Shown here: piece by piece, positions 24,165 to 35,859 of the stretch
Layout of the letters: every line of letters begins with the position of its first letter
How positions within the stretch are numbered: the first letter of the stretch is position 1
From: Camelus ferus
Taxonomy: Eukaryota
Direction of reading: 5' to 3'
Assembly (NCBI RefSeq): GCF_009834535.1
Contig: NC_045697.1
Span: forward strand, 7,938,001 to 8,002,000
DNA: 64,000 bases
The notes under the pieces: generated by a model
The model's database searches: none
Seen by the model: the letters and a program-made list of their open reading frames with translations, nothing else
What the model was told of the DNA's origin: nothing
Position numbers and translations under genes: made by a program

Positions 24165-24540
24165 GAGAAAGACACCATATGATACCACTTATATGTGGAA
24201 TCTAAAAAAAGGACACAAATGAACTTACTTACAAAACAGAGACAGACTCACAGATGTAGAAAACAAATTTCTCTTCTGGTAACCACTAGGGAGCAAGAGG
24301 GTGGGAAGAAATAAATTGGGAGCTTGGGATTTGTAGATCTAACTACTATATATAAAACATACAAACAAGAAGGTCCTCCTGTAAAGCACAGGAACTGTAT
24401 TCAATACCTCGTTATGGCCTAGAATGAAAAAGAATATGAAAATGGATATACATATACATATAAATGAACAAGTGTGTTATACACCAGAGTATAACACAAC
24501 ACTGTAAATCAACTATACTTCAATAAAAATAAATATAAGT
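24165..24540 (+). mobile_element. Artiodactyl/camelid L1 3' end
   Basis: 'ccatatgataccacttatatgtggaatctaaaaaaa...acacaacactgtaaatcaactatacttcaataaaaa'. Confidence 0.9.
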
Positions 24541-24699
24541 AAAGTTCTTGAGTCACTGACTCGGAGTTGCTCACTCTGGGTCCCACTCTGTCCCTGATCT
24601 TGGTACAGTAGATGCTGTGGGATTGAAAATTTAATCTTCTCTGGAGAACTGTCATGTTAATAGTTAAATCCTAGGCCTGACACTATTGTCCATTCATGT

Positions 24700-25650
24700 T
24701 TCCTCTTTTGGAAAGTTTATGTTTGGTTATTTTACTGATGTGTTTATTTCAAATCGTCTGACCAGCTGATTTGCTGATTTTGCCTTGATCTATATGTCAA
24801 GAATATTTATATATTACACATAATTACATATTTTATTATATAATAGAATTTTAATACATATAGCCTGTAATATACAAGTAAATGTTCTTAATATATATGT
24901 TATATAATATATTATATTAAAATACTCACTTTTTTATTATTTTTAAATGTTTTTAACATTAACAATTATCAACAAAATTAACATCTAAGTTTCATTTTCC
25001 ACTTTCAGTTTGCTCTTTGACTTTTAGCTTTATTTATAATGTTTTTGAAAGTAAGAAATTGTGCTTATTAATGTTTAGAGAGTAAATTTATTAGCCTTTT
25101 CTTTTACAGTCTCTTCCCTTGATGTTGGTAATTTTAGGAAATCAAGTTATTAAGTAAAAGTTTTTTTTTATTTTAATAATAGTGCTACTCATTGTAATAA
25201 ATGTGGAAAATACACAGTGATAAGGAAAGAAAGTCCTTCTTATTCCCAAAACATTAAAATCAACACTGGATATTTTCTTTAGCATATTTATGTCCCATAT
25301 TTGTACTATGTATGTTTTTCTACAGTGTTTGAAATAATACCAGGGGTCCAATTTCCTCTCATCCTTTTTTCTCGTAACTTTTTCTCATGGCTTTAATACT
25401 TGTTGTGCACTATCCAATTCAGGACGCTCACCATGACTGTTGGAAAGTTAGCTTGCTTTTATTATTTCCTATTATAAATAATGCTGCAATAAACTTCTTT
25501 GTATATAGTCTTCCATTCCCCCAAACAATGGGCTATTTCCATAGGAAACATCCAGACAAAATGGAATTCTAAGTTAAAAGGCAGGAAGTACTTAAGAAAC
25601 TTAAGGCGTATTGCCAAATTTCTTCAGCAGTTATTTTCTCCCTCCACAAT
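24700..25650. mobile_element. Highly diverged L1ME-like fragments
   Basis: 'ttcctattataaataatgctgcaataaac' and 'gtattgccaaattt' motifs in AT-rich sequence. Confidence 0.5.
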
Positions 25651-26859
25651 TGTAAGTCCTCACCCAGTCCCCAACAGAAGAACCTCCTGCGTTTGGTGGT
25701 CATGCTTTGTCCTTTGGGCCATACACACTCATATATGCACACACACAATCAACTCTTACCCACGTTTTAAGTGGAAATTATAGTGATGTTTGCCCCCTTT
25801 TGGTTATAGTTCAAGGTAAAGAAAAAGTAAATTCTGGCTTATGAGTTATTGACCGGAAGCAGGGGATCATTTGTCAAAGCAGTCATTGGCCTGAGATACC
25901 AGGCAGCTGTTCTAACACACATGCCCCCATCGCAGATTTTTCCTGTTCATGTTCTGTTATGGATACACAAACCTTATTGATTGCATTCTTGAATTAAAGC
26001 TCAGCTCGATGGTTGCAAACACACCATTGCCTATAATACATTTATTTCTGAGACTTGTTTAACTGTAGCAGCTAAGAAAATCAATGTGTAAGGCCCAGAT
26101 AGACTGACCTTTAACAAACTAAATAACCTTTTTTTTCTCCCCTCCAGTCCTCATGCACTTTGAGTCCTGCTCGTCTATGATCTCATGATCTCATGGTGCT
26201 TAGAAAATTCCACAAAACCAGTATTAGGTAGCTTGAAGTGAAGATGACTTGGTAGAGAGAGAGAAAGGGGACATTTGTACAGTCAATTTTTTCAGATTCT
26301 TTTTTTTTTTTGCCAGTCTTACTGAGGTCACCTTATGTTGGTACCAGCATCATGAGTGTCTGCGTGTGTCCAAACTCCCCAAACCGCACAGGCTGTGATT
26401 ACTGGCCTAGTGCAGAGAACCCCTGTGAGCCATTAGCTCCTGCATCTTAATGCATCTTGGTTTGTCTTCTGCTCCCTTTTTCTGGGAGGTTGTGTTGATG
26501 GAGTTAAATTTGGCACCTCAGTATGTAAAAGCAAATAAAAACGTGAGAAGACTCTCAGGTGACATAAAAATAGACATGTATAGAGTTCATCAGAGATGCT
26601 CAGATTTCTTCAAAAGAAACACATTCTGTATTGGTAGTGTAAATGGGACCTGTGTCTTTTATGGATCAGGAAAACATTTTAATGTCTAAAAAATTATCTC
26701 ATCGCCTGAGTCTCCCTAGTCAAGGCTGTTGAGAAGGAAGATAAATGAAATAAAGAAGGAGCCTGGAGAAGCATTGCCATACTGGGGTTTCAGAGCATCA
26801 GTGCCATGCGGATAGGGAATACAGTGGCTGAGAAGAGAATAGTTAGGTATTATTCATCC

Positions 26860-27160
26860 TTTTTTTCTTTTGACAGCTTTATTGAAGTATAATTGATATA
26901 TAATTATATACATAGCTAATGTGTACAATTTGATGAGATGGAATATTTGTAAACACCCGTGATACCATCACGGCAACAGACATATTCAGTACCTCTCAGA
27001 GTTTCCTGTGTCCTCCTGTTTTTCATTGGCATGCATGCATGTGTGTGTGTTAACAACACTTAACATGAGATCCTGCCCTCTTAACAAATTTTGAAGTGCC
27101 CAATATCATATTGTTAACTATGGGACCCATGTTGTACTACAGATCTCTAGAACCTGTTCA
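26860..27160 (-). mobile_element. L1MA/L1MB 3' end
   Basis: 'cagctttattgaagtataattgata...ttaacaaattttgaagtgcccaatatcatattgttaactat...agatctctagaac'. Confidence 0.85.
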
Positions 27161-27174
27161 CCCACTCTTTCTTT

Positions 27175-27610
27175 TAATTATTTAGTCATTTATTTACTGC
27201 ACATACACTTAGCATTGGCCCCAAGCATGGAGCCTGATTGTCTACAGAGTCCAGCTGCAGAAGCAGACACACAAATGGATAAGAACAGTTCATTGAGCTG
27301 GGCCTTGGGTTGCCCATAGTGCTGCCAGTGGCCCCAGAGCAAAGGGACCAGGCTAACACAGCTGAAAAACATCTGGCAGAAGAGTCAAGATTCATTGAAT
27401 TGAATCTTGAAAGCTACGTAGCCATTGGTTTTTCTGAGAAGATGGAGAAGTAAGATCAGACAGAGGGAGCAGCAGTTTGCCAGGATCTTGGAGAAGTTTG
27501 GTGGACATCTGACTGTTGGGAAGGTCACATGGAGCGAGTGTAACAACAGAACCAAATTATGGAAAGTCTTTTATGCCAGGGAGGAATTTTGAACTTTTTT
27601 TCCCTGTATC
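27175..27610 (-). mobile_element. L2 fragment
   Basis: 'gaattgaatcttgaaagctacgtag...tttatgccagggaggaattttgaactttt'. Confidence 0.55.
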
Positions 27611-28007
27611 CGAACAACATGGTTTATATTTTTCTCTTTATTCTCAAACAGCAAAAGCAATTTGAATCAGGCTGCTTAACACTCCTGCATACTTTTAATG
27701 ACTTCCATTTCACTCAGAATCAAACCCAGCCAGAAATGGCTTGTAGAACACTGCAGCGTTCTTTGTTCATCCCTCCCATCTTCCATGGGGCTACCCTCTG
27801 ATTCACTGGAATCCAGCCATGTATGACTTCATAATTGTTCCTCAAAGACTGGGTAGCCTCCTGTCTCTTGGTCCTCTCCCTGACACTTCCCTAGCCTGGA
27901 AATCTCACTCTCCAGAACCCACATCACCTACTCATTCCTTTCCTGCAGGCTTTTGCTGAAGCATCTCCCAGCTTTTGTGAACCACTCTACTTAAAGTTGA
28001 CAGACAT

Positions 28008-28478
28008 CTTTTTTTTTTGATTGAAGTATAGTCAGTTTATAATGTGCCAGTTTCTGGTGTACAGCATAATGTTTCAGTCATACATATAGTACATATATTC
28101 ATTTTCATATTCTTTTTCATTATAAATTACTATAAGATATTGAATATAGTTCCATGTTCTATATAGTAGAAACATGTTGTTTATCTATTTTCTGTATAGT
28201 AGTTAGTATTTGCAAATCTCAAACTCCCAATTTATTTATTCCCGCCCCCTATACCTTTTGGTAACCATGTCTGTTTTCTATGTCTGTGAAGTCTGTTTAT
28301 GTTTCATAAATAAGTTCATTTGTGCCTTTTTTTAAAATTCCACATATGAGTGATATCATACAGTTTTTTTCTCTTTCTGGCTTACTTCACTTAGAATGAT
28401 GATCTCCAAATCCATCCATGTTGCTGAAAATGGCAGTATTTCATTCTCTTTTATGGCTGAGTAGTATTCCATTGTATG

Positions 28479-28530
<52 letters not shown>

Positions 28531-28600
28531 CACCACAACTTCTTTATCCAGTCATCTGTTGATAGACATTTAAGTTGTTTCCATATCTTGGCTATTATAT
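28008..28600 (-). mobile_element. Artiodactyl/camelid L1 3' end with internal (TA)/(TG) microsatellite at about 28474-28530
   Basis: Poly(T) then 'attgaagtatagtcagtttataatgtg...ttccacatatgagtgatatcata...tttatggctgagtagtattccattgt'. Confidence 0.9.
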
Positions 28601-28675
28601 GTTAACTGATATTTTTAACCCTGCAGCCCCTTTCCCTTTCTCAGCTTTGCTTTTTATCGAAGAACTTATCACCAT

Positions 28676-28868
28676 CAGAGCTCCTCCCTCAATATCCATG
28701 GGAGATTGGTTCCAGGAGCCTACTGTGGAAATCTGCAGATGCTCAAGTCCCATAGTCAATCCTCCTTCACAGTGGGTTCTGCATTCGCACATTCAACCAG
28801 CCTGCTGCAATCTTAAACATAGTATGCACATAGTACAGTAATCTCTTGGATATGGAAGGCCAACTGTA
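28676..28868 (+). mobile_element. Tigger-derived MITE (MER2/MER8-like)
   Basis: 'ctcaatatccatgggagattggttccagga...gatgctcaagtccc...ggatatggaaggccaactgta'. Confidence 0.8.
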
Positions 28869-30199
28869 TTTGCTAATTTTCTGGCTCCTCTCTTTAAAAT
28901 GTAAGTTCCCTAAGGCAGATACTTTCACCAGTTTTATTTATTCATAGATCTCTGGCACCTGGTTATTGGTCGATAAATATCTGTGGAATGAGTAAACATC
29001 ATTGTTCTCTAAAATGTTGGTGCATAAAAAAATGTAAGGCTTTATTGGATACTATCTTATTTATAAACATTTACCCCAAATGCAGCATTTGATTAACTTT
29101 TTTCATGAAACAGTATGATGATATATTTTCTAGCCACTTATAAAGAATGCAGCTGAAGAATTGTAAGGTACCTGACACTTCTGTATTCCCTACTGCAGGG
29201 CCTCAGGCAGGCTGGTGACTCACTGGACTTCAGTTTCCACATCTCTGACATGAGGGGTCTAGGTATCTAAGTCTGAAAGTTTGCCACAGGTCTTGTTTGC
29301 TGTGGACTTCCTCAGGGTTTGCTAGTCCTCGGGTAGATCAAGTTCAGCATATCTCAGAATTGTATCATCAGGTAGGAGAAATTACAGGCCATAGAACCAA
29401 ATGGAGTCTTTGAGATTATTCAGTGATGTCTTCAAGTAAATGACTAGCAATTTGACACATAAAGTAATGAAAGGTGTGGAAGAAATAAAAATTATAAAAA
29501 TTGCCAAACATTTCTTCCTTTTAGTGGCCTTCACTTGCTGCTCTCTCATCCCAATGTGGTCAAGCTACTAATATTCAAAGAAAAAAAATGTGTGGCAAGA
29601 TTAGGACATGAAGCTTCCTTAGACTTCACTCATTCTAAGACTTTGACAGGAATCGCACCCACTTTGGGCTTCACCACATAGAAGGCATAGTACCGTATTG
29701 ACTGGGAGTGCTTCCTTTTTGAGAGATGCTTAGAGTTTGGGAAGCCAAGGCAGAACCAGAGTGAGACCCCAGAGAAATGAGATAGAGTGTATGATTCTTG
29801 CTCTAATGGACTGAAAGAGAAATCTCAGTGCTCCCTTTTCCTTTGAACACCGTTGGAGTGAAAAGTTCTAAAGAACTGTGTAGGAAATAGAGAAAAAGTC
29901 TTTTTTTCAGACTGACCTCAAATTTAGACGTTGTGCTGAAGAAAGAAATGATATTCTTAATGACAAAACATAGTCTAGAACTGCTCCTTACGGTGGGGAA
30001 CCAACAGACACTAGTAGTTGCATGCTAGACAGTACTAATCCATACTATTAGTCCATCTGCTTAAATGGTGCATGGGTTAAGCACGAAGGTAGAATGTTAG
30101 TCAAGTTCTCTGAGATTGCGGATTTAGAATGTAAGTCACAGTTAACACAATAGCATTTGCTTCCATCAGCCGGACAGCCCTTATTCCTAGGTAATAATA

Positions 30200-30700
30200 G
30201 TAATAACAAAATTAACACTTGTTGCTCAGCAGTGAGTAGTCCCTTTGTGCCAGGATAATGGGTACTTTACTTAGTTTAGTTTACATAGTTTAGTTCAAGT
30301 GCAAGCAATTTCTTTTTTCTATAGTCAGATAGTAAATATTTTATTATCTGTAAGCCATAGATTCAGTCTCTGTCACAACTACCCAACTCCGCAGTTGTAG
30401 CCATGAAAACAAGTGGGCAAGGCTGTGTCCCAATAAAACTTTATTTACAAAAGAAGGCAGTGGCATGACTTGGCCATGGGCTATAATTTATGACCTGCGG
30501 TTTAGTTCACTTGAAAGCTATAACAACTTAATGGTATTATAAAATATATATAAGTATTATAAAAATAACCCTAACCTTAACCCCAATTTACTGATTAGAA
30601 AACTAGGGCTCAATTATGACCAATAACTTAACGTGGGTTATGGAAGAGCCAGTGTTCTGATATTTGCTGATGTGATCCCAATGTCAATGTCCTTTTCCCT
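30200..30700 (-). mobile_element. MIR SINE interrupted by MER58A
   Basis: 'ctttgtgccagg' ... 'ccccaatttactgattagaaaactagggctca'. Confidence 0.6.
30296..30499 (+). mobile_element. MER58A-like hAT-Charlie MITE with 8-bp TSD
   Basis: 'cagatagtaaatatttt...gtctctgtcacaactacccaactc...gtgtcccaataaaactttatttacaaaa'; TSD gtttagtt at 30288-30295 and 30500-30507. Confidence 0.9.
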
Positions 30701-32609
30701 ACAGTTGCATTTTTACTTATTTGTGACAGATAAAGGTGTCTTTCTTACCTTCTATGTCCCCTGCTCCCCCAGGAACCACTGGACTTAGAAGGCATGTTTT
30801 TTCTGTCAGTTCTTGTTCAGCCTCAAACTGCAGTGGGGAACATGGGTCCTCCCTTTCTCAAGTATAGGTGCCTGTTCCAGTCCCCAGAGATGTTTGCTAA
30901 CTCTGCATCTTCATCCCGTCTCTGTTCTGCTGCCCACACTGAAAATCTGATATATGAACCATAGTTTAGTGTCAAAGTCAGTTTGTCGATGTTGCCATTT
31001 TCCTTGTGTAGTTCTACAAAACGAGGCAGCGGGGTTGAAACCAAAGGCTTGCACGTTGAACACTAATCAACTCTGATGGAATCCCTTCTTGTTGAGAAGA
31101 AAACAGTCCTGCTGGAAAGTTGAACTTTGACCAAGAGGGGCAAAGGAAATAATAGGAAAGGCAGTATTTTTTTGGAGAGAATAGTTCTGAGCCAAGGAAT
31201 CAAGAGTCACTGATTCAGAGGTTATCACCTAAGCTGCATGGGCTTAAATATGTCACTTTGGTGTTGTTATGATGGAATATAAGCAACATAATTTAAAAGA
31301 ATGACCTTTTCCCAGAGTTAACTCTTACACACTGATAGAGGTGTCATTAGAATCATGAAAGGCACACATACTGAAGGGCGACTTCTCAGTCCCCCTCCTC
31401 TTCTACATCATTTGTTCCATCCTGAAACTGTCTTCATCGTCCTTCTCCTGGTCATCAAGAAGCTTCCTCACCAAGACCAAGAATGTTACCCCCACCTGGA
31501 GCTCGTTTGTAGTTCTGGTTTCCAGTATGAGAAGGAAAAATCTCCTGGACAAACTAACATCAGGGATGACTTACCCCTCTTAGAAAATGTGCTCCCAGCC
31601 CAGGGGAAAACAGCATTGTCCCTCCTGCAAGCCCAGTGACATATAATAAGAGTATTCATAACACCTTGCTGCCTGAATCAGGTGGAAGTAGCAACTGCTC
31701 CCTCAGAGAGCGTCAGGATCTCTTGTCAACTTAAATTTATAAAAACAACCTTCTGAAAAACTACAAGAAACACTCACATCAGGTACTGCCTTAAATAGAA
31801 GCAATTTTCTAACATTAGTTCTAAAGAATTACATTAACATGCAAGCTTCACTTCATCCAGTTTTAACATCCTGTTTTCTGTAAAACCAGGCAATCAGAAC
31901 ACATTCTAAGGCTGGCACTAATACAAAATAAGCAAATCCACAGCTCCATTGAGATTAATATGTTTATTTGCACAACTAAAGGTGTGTGGCCAAATGTCAC
32001 AACCTTCAGCTTGGAATGCCATGGTTTTAAAGTGAAATCTAAATTTCATTTTTAATGGTAGCAGTCAAAAGAAAGCAAGCATTTTGCTTCCCTCCCCACC
32101 AAGGATTCCTTTGTAAATTTGAGGAATAAATTGTTCCTCTGTCCCCTTCCACTTTGCTGTTTTAGTTTCCTGGAACTGCTTAGAACCTGTTTTTCCACGG
32201 GTCAAAACATCTCAGGCTCAGCGCTTCCTGGAGTATGTAAAACTCTCGGCTGTGCAGGAGGCTCAGAGTGTTGGCCCAGATAATGCAACTGCATACACAA
32301 GAGCTTGCTTTTTAGGGCCAGTTAATGTGAAATGCTTTATAAAGAACGACATTATCTGCCTCTAATGAAGGACCTTTCCTTCACCATATGGGGAAATGGT
32401 CCTCCAGAGAACTCAGAGATATTTTTTTTAAATGGTTCATTTTGTATAGCCCTCTTACATATGTCTTCAGGTCCTTCAGATGTAGAGGGAAGAAGAAGGA
32501 AGCATGAGGCTATCCTAATTGAAATTTCAAATTACATAATATTGGAAGCTACCCTGGGTAACAGCATGTTCCTTCCAATTACAAAGAGTTAATTTATGCT
32601 TTGTAATGA

Positions 32610-32950
32610 GGAAGCTGACATTTGTTCTGTACCCACCATGTGTTCAGCGCTTTATATTTCACATTTGTTTGCTTACACAGTCCCTGTAAGATTTTGCTGT
32701 CCTCTCGCCTCATGAGGAAAAATCAAGGAAGCTAAGTTACTTGCCTAGAGTCATATAGTATTATAACATGGGAAATAAGAGCAAAAATTCCAGAATCAGA
32801 CACTTGACTGTACATTTCACTTCGATCACTTGCTGACAGGACTTAAATCTCAGTCTTAGAAGCTGTGTAATGGATGTTAATAATCTCTCCACATAAAAAT
32901 ATTGCTGTTATAAGTTATCATAAAATGAAGACATGCTGCACAAAAGTATT
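32610..32950. mobile_element. Two adjacent MIR fragments in opposite orientation
   Basis: Minus copy 'atgaggaaaaatcaagg...ttaagttacttgcctagagtcata'-like; plus copy 'ttccagaatcagacac...ctcagtcttagaagctgtgtaatgga'. Confidence 0.55.
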
Positions 32951-32966
32951 TAAAAATACTTTAACA

Positions 32967-33086
32967 GGGCAGTGGGTATATCTCAGTGGTGGAGCCCATG
33001 CTCAGCATGCACAGGGTCCTGGGTTCAGTCCCCAGCACTGCCGTTAAAGAAAAGAGAAAAAAATTAAATGCATTAAAAAATAAACT
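32967..33086 (+). mobile_element. Camelid-type tRNA-Ala-derived SINE with 15-bp TSD
   Basis: 'gggtatatctcagtggtggagcccatgctcagcatgcacagggtcctgggttcagtcccc' plus A-rich tail; TSD aaaaatactttaaca (32952-32966) / aaaaatattttaaca (33087-33101). Confidence 0.9.
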
Positions 33087-33149
33087 AAAAATATTTTAAC
33101 ATATGATAGAAAAGGCTGGGTAAATAAAGCACAGGAAAGCTTGAAATCT

Positions 33150-34090
33150 AAAACAAAAATATATTTTTAAAATAAAAACCTTAATATAAAATAAACAAAG
33201 TATATGATTAGTAATGGAGCAATAATAATAACCAATGAACATAATCATTTTTATACCATTAGTTACTGATGAGAATTTAAAAATGAAGTAAGAAACAATC
33301 ATGTTATTTTGATATATTGGCCAAAAGTAGTGCATGACATTGAGCATTGCAGGAACAGGCACTTACATAAGCAAATGTAACAAAGCAACATTACAACTTT
33401 TTCAGAGTGTAGATTTCTAATATTTTCTTATATATGCATACTGCTAAAACTTGTAATATTTAAGTATTAATCCTGAAGAAATAATCAATACTATGGACTG
33501 AATTGCCCCCCATCAAATTCGTGCTGAAAAACTAACCACCAATATGGTGGAATTTGGAGATGGGGCCTTTGGAAGATAATTAGGTTTAGATAAATTCATG
33601 ATGGTAGGAGCCCTACAATGAAATTAGTTTCCTCAAAGGAAGAGATACCACAGCTCTTTCTACCATCTGAGGACGTGGTGAAAAGGTGGCAAGCCAGAAC
33701 GAGGGCCCTCACTAGGAACCGCATCAGCCAGCCCTGTGGTCTTGGACGTCCCAGCCTCCAGAACTAGGAGACGTAAGTGTCTACAGTTTAAACCACGCAG
33801 TCTGCTGTTATTAGCAGTCTGAGATAGCTAAAACAATTGACTGAAAACATTAGAATTTAGGAATATAGATATTTATAAAAACATCATTTATATATTTCAA
33901 ACCTAAAAAAGAAATCTAAATATCATACAACAGGGACTAAATCAATTCATTTATGGTAAGTCTACACAATGAAATTACATCCATCCATTTAAAGAAATGA
34001 TTTGTGATTATGTTTACTGACTTGTAAAAATGGTCTACATATTCTTAAGTGAAAAATAACATTGTAAGAGACTGCATCCTGTATTTAGTA
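33150..34090 (+). mobile_element. Old L1ME-like 3' region interrupted by MLT1A
   Basis: 'aatgagaatttaaaaatgaagtaagaaacaatcatg'-like and 'ttatggtaagtctacacaatgaaatta' motifs. Confidence 0.55.
33489..33835 (+). mobile_element. MaLR solo LTR (MLT1A/MLT1A0)
   Basis: 'ctatggactgaattg...atttggagatggggcctttggaagataattaggtttagat...cttggacgtcccagcctccagaact'; 5-bp TSD atcaa/attga. Confidence 0.9.
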
Positions 34091-34134
34091 GAAAAAGATG
34101 TCCCACCACGTCCCAGTGAAAGATGGCTCTCGTT

Positions 34135-34325
34135 GGGCACGGTGTGCCAGATGGTACGCTGAGTAACACAAGTGCATAGTCTTCACTGATAGCTAAAATA
34201 TCTCCCTAAGATTTTATTATTCCTCATATACAAATGAGAAAATAAGCGTCATGGTTGAAGGGATTTGCAAAACCTCTCTCAACGAGGATGTGGCACAAGT
34301 TGGACTTGAACCCAGTACTGGCTTC
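34135..34325 (-). mobile_element. MIR SINE
   Basis: 'tattattcctcatatacaaatgagaaaataag...ggacttgaacccag'. Confidence 0.7.
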
Positions 34326-35130
34326 ACAGGAGTAACTGAACACCAGGCTCATTCTAAACTTGTATGCCCACTAGATCATGTATGTGATTAATACACAACT
34401 ATACAAATTGCATCCAGATTCATAATCACCAGTTAACTCTAAGCATGGTTCACCTTACAAACACAATTCTTCATGAGAGAATATGAGTAACATCCATGTT
34501 TCAGTTTTTTTTTTTAACTTTCTTCAAATTATCTCAGTTAAGTTTTTATATCCAATCATATTATTATGGTTTTAAATATGTATTACAAATAAATACAAGC
34601 TTGTATTAGAAGGAAGAAAAGTATTAATTCTGCTAATTTATTTGTTAAAATTTCTAAGCCATCTGTTCAATATGTGACAATCGGTTTACATAAACTGGAT
34701 AATATAAAGTGAAAATCCATTTAATGAGGCCAGCATAAACTACTAAACAATGTGATAATATAACGCTTACCACAGTGAACAGAATGAAAATCAACAAGGG
34801 AAGACATACATTCAAACTCTCCACTTGGAAGTTCTTACTATTTCACTACCCCACAGACATTTAACTTGGTCAGATTTAAGGAAATTTAATAAATAGGATG
34901 TCTTTTGTCAATCTGAATCAAAAAGAGAAGTAAGATGAAAAAGTAAAATATCTGCTCCACTCCTTATCTTGGTTTCTCTGTATTAAGTGTATCTTTTTTC
35001 CTCCAGATGTTTTAAGATTTATCACTTGTTTTGACCATTATTTCTTTAAAAGGTTGTTCTTTCTTCTCTATTTCTGATGTTCCAATTGCATGTGCACTGC
35101 ATCACTTTATCTTGTGCTAAGGGCACAGCT

Positions 35131-35140
35131 GTATCTATCA

Positions 35141-35195
<55 letters not shown>

Positions 35196-35210
35196 CATCC
35201 ATCCATCTAT
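35131..35210 (+). repeat. (TCTA)n(TCCA)n tetranucleotide STR
   Basis: Long run of TCTA units followed by TCCA units. Confidence 0.95.
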
Positions 35211-35220
35211 CCTCTGGAGT

Positions 35221-35221
35221 G

Positions 35222-35252
<31 letters not shown>

Positions 35253-35303
35253 GCCCACTAGATCATGTATGTGATTAATACACATATATATGTATATATA
35301 TAT
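35221..35303 (+). repeat. (TA)n microsatellite interrupted by a 35-bp templated copy
   Basis: TA runs flank 35250-35284, which is identical to 34363-34397. Confidence 0.9.
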
Positions 35304-35320
35304 ATTCATTTCAATATACA

Positions 35321-35822
35321 TGTAGTATTAGTCAGAGAACAAGGTCTATCTATTTCTGTTTATCTATTTTTCTATCTACATATGGGAGGGGGGCAGGTTA
35401 ATGGTAAGGAAGTGGCTCAAGTGACCCCAGAGGCGAAGAAGTGCCAGGATCTAGTCAGTAAGCTGGGACCCAGGAGAACTGATGAAGTGAATTCCTGTCT
35501 GAAAGCTAGCAGGCTGAATCCAAGAAGAGCTGATGTTTCAATCTGCCTACAAAGGCAGGGAAAAAAAGGATTATTCCAGGTCAAGCAGTCAGGAGCTGTG
35601 CCCTCTCATTCAGGGGAGCATCAGCCTTTTTGTTCTATCCAGGCTTTCAGCTGATTGGGCGAGGCCCACCCACACCAGGAAGGACGATCTTCCTTCCCCA
35701 GGTTACTGATTCAAATGTTGACTCATGCAAACATGTCCTCACTGACATATCACGAGTAATGTGTGACCAAACATCTGGGCACTCATGGCCCATTTAAGTG
35801 GATACACAGAGTTAACAATCTT
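35321..35822 (-). mobile_element. ERVL solo LTR (MLT2B-like)
   Basis: 'gtattagtcagagaac...ggacccaggagaactgatg...cctttttgttctatccaggctttcagctgattggg...tgaccaaacatctgggcac'. Confidence 0.85.
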
Positions 35823-35859
35823 ATATATAGTATATATGCTGCTGTAAATTCACCACACA

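Larger units (their letters stand above)
27665..28995 (+). mobile_element. L2 3' portion interrupted by an L1 and a MER2/MER8-like MITE
   Basis: 'ttaacactcctgcatacttttaatgacttcccatttcactcagaat'-like start and 'aaatgtaagttccctaaggcaga...taaatatctgtggaatgagt' end. Confidence 0.7.

Noticed and set aside
35131..35303. Regular repeats as a CRISPR-like array
   Set aside because: These are simple eukaryotic microsatellites with no repeat-spacer structure.
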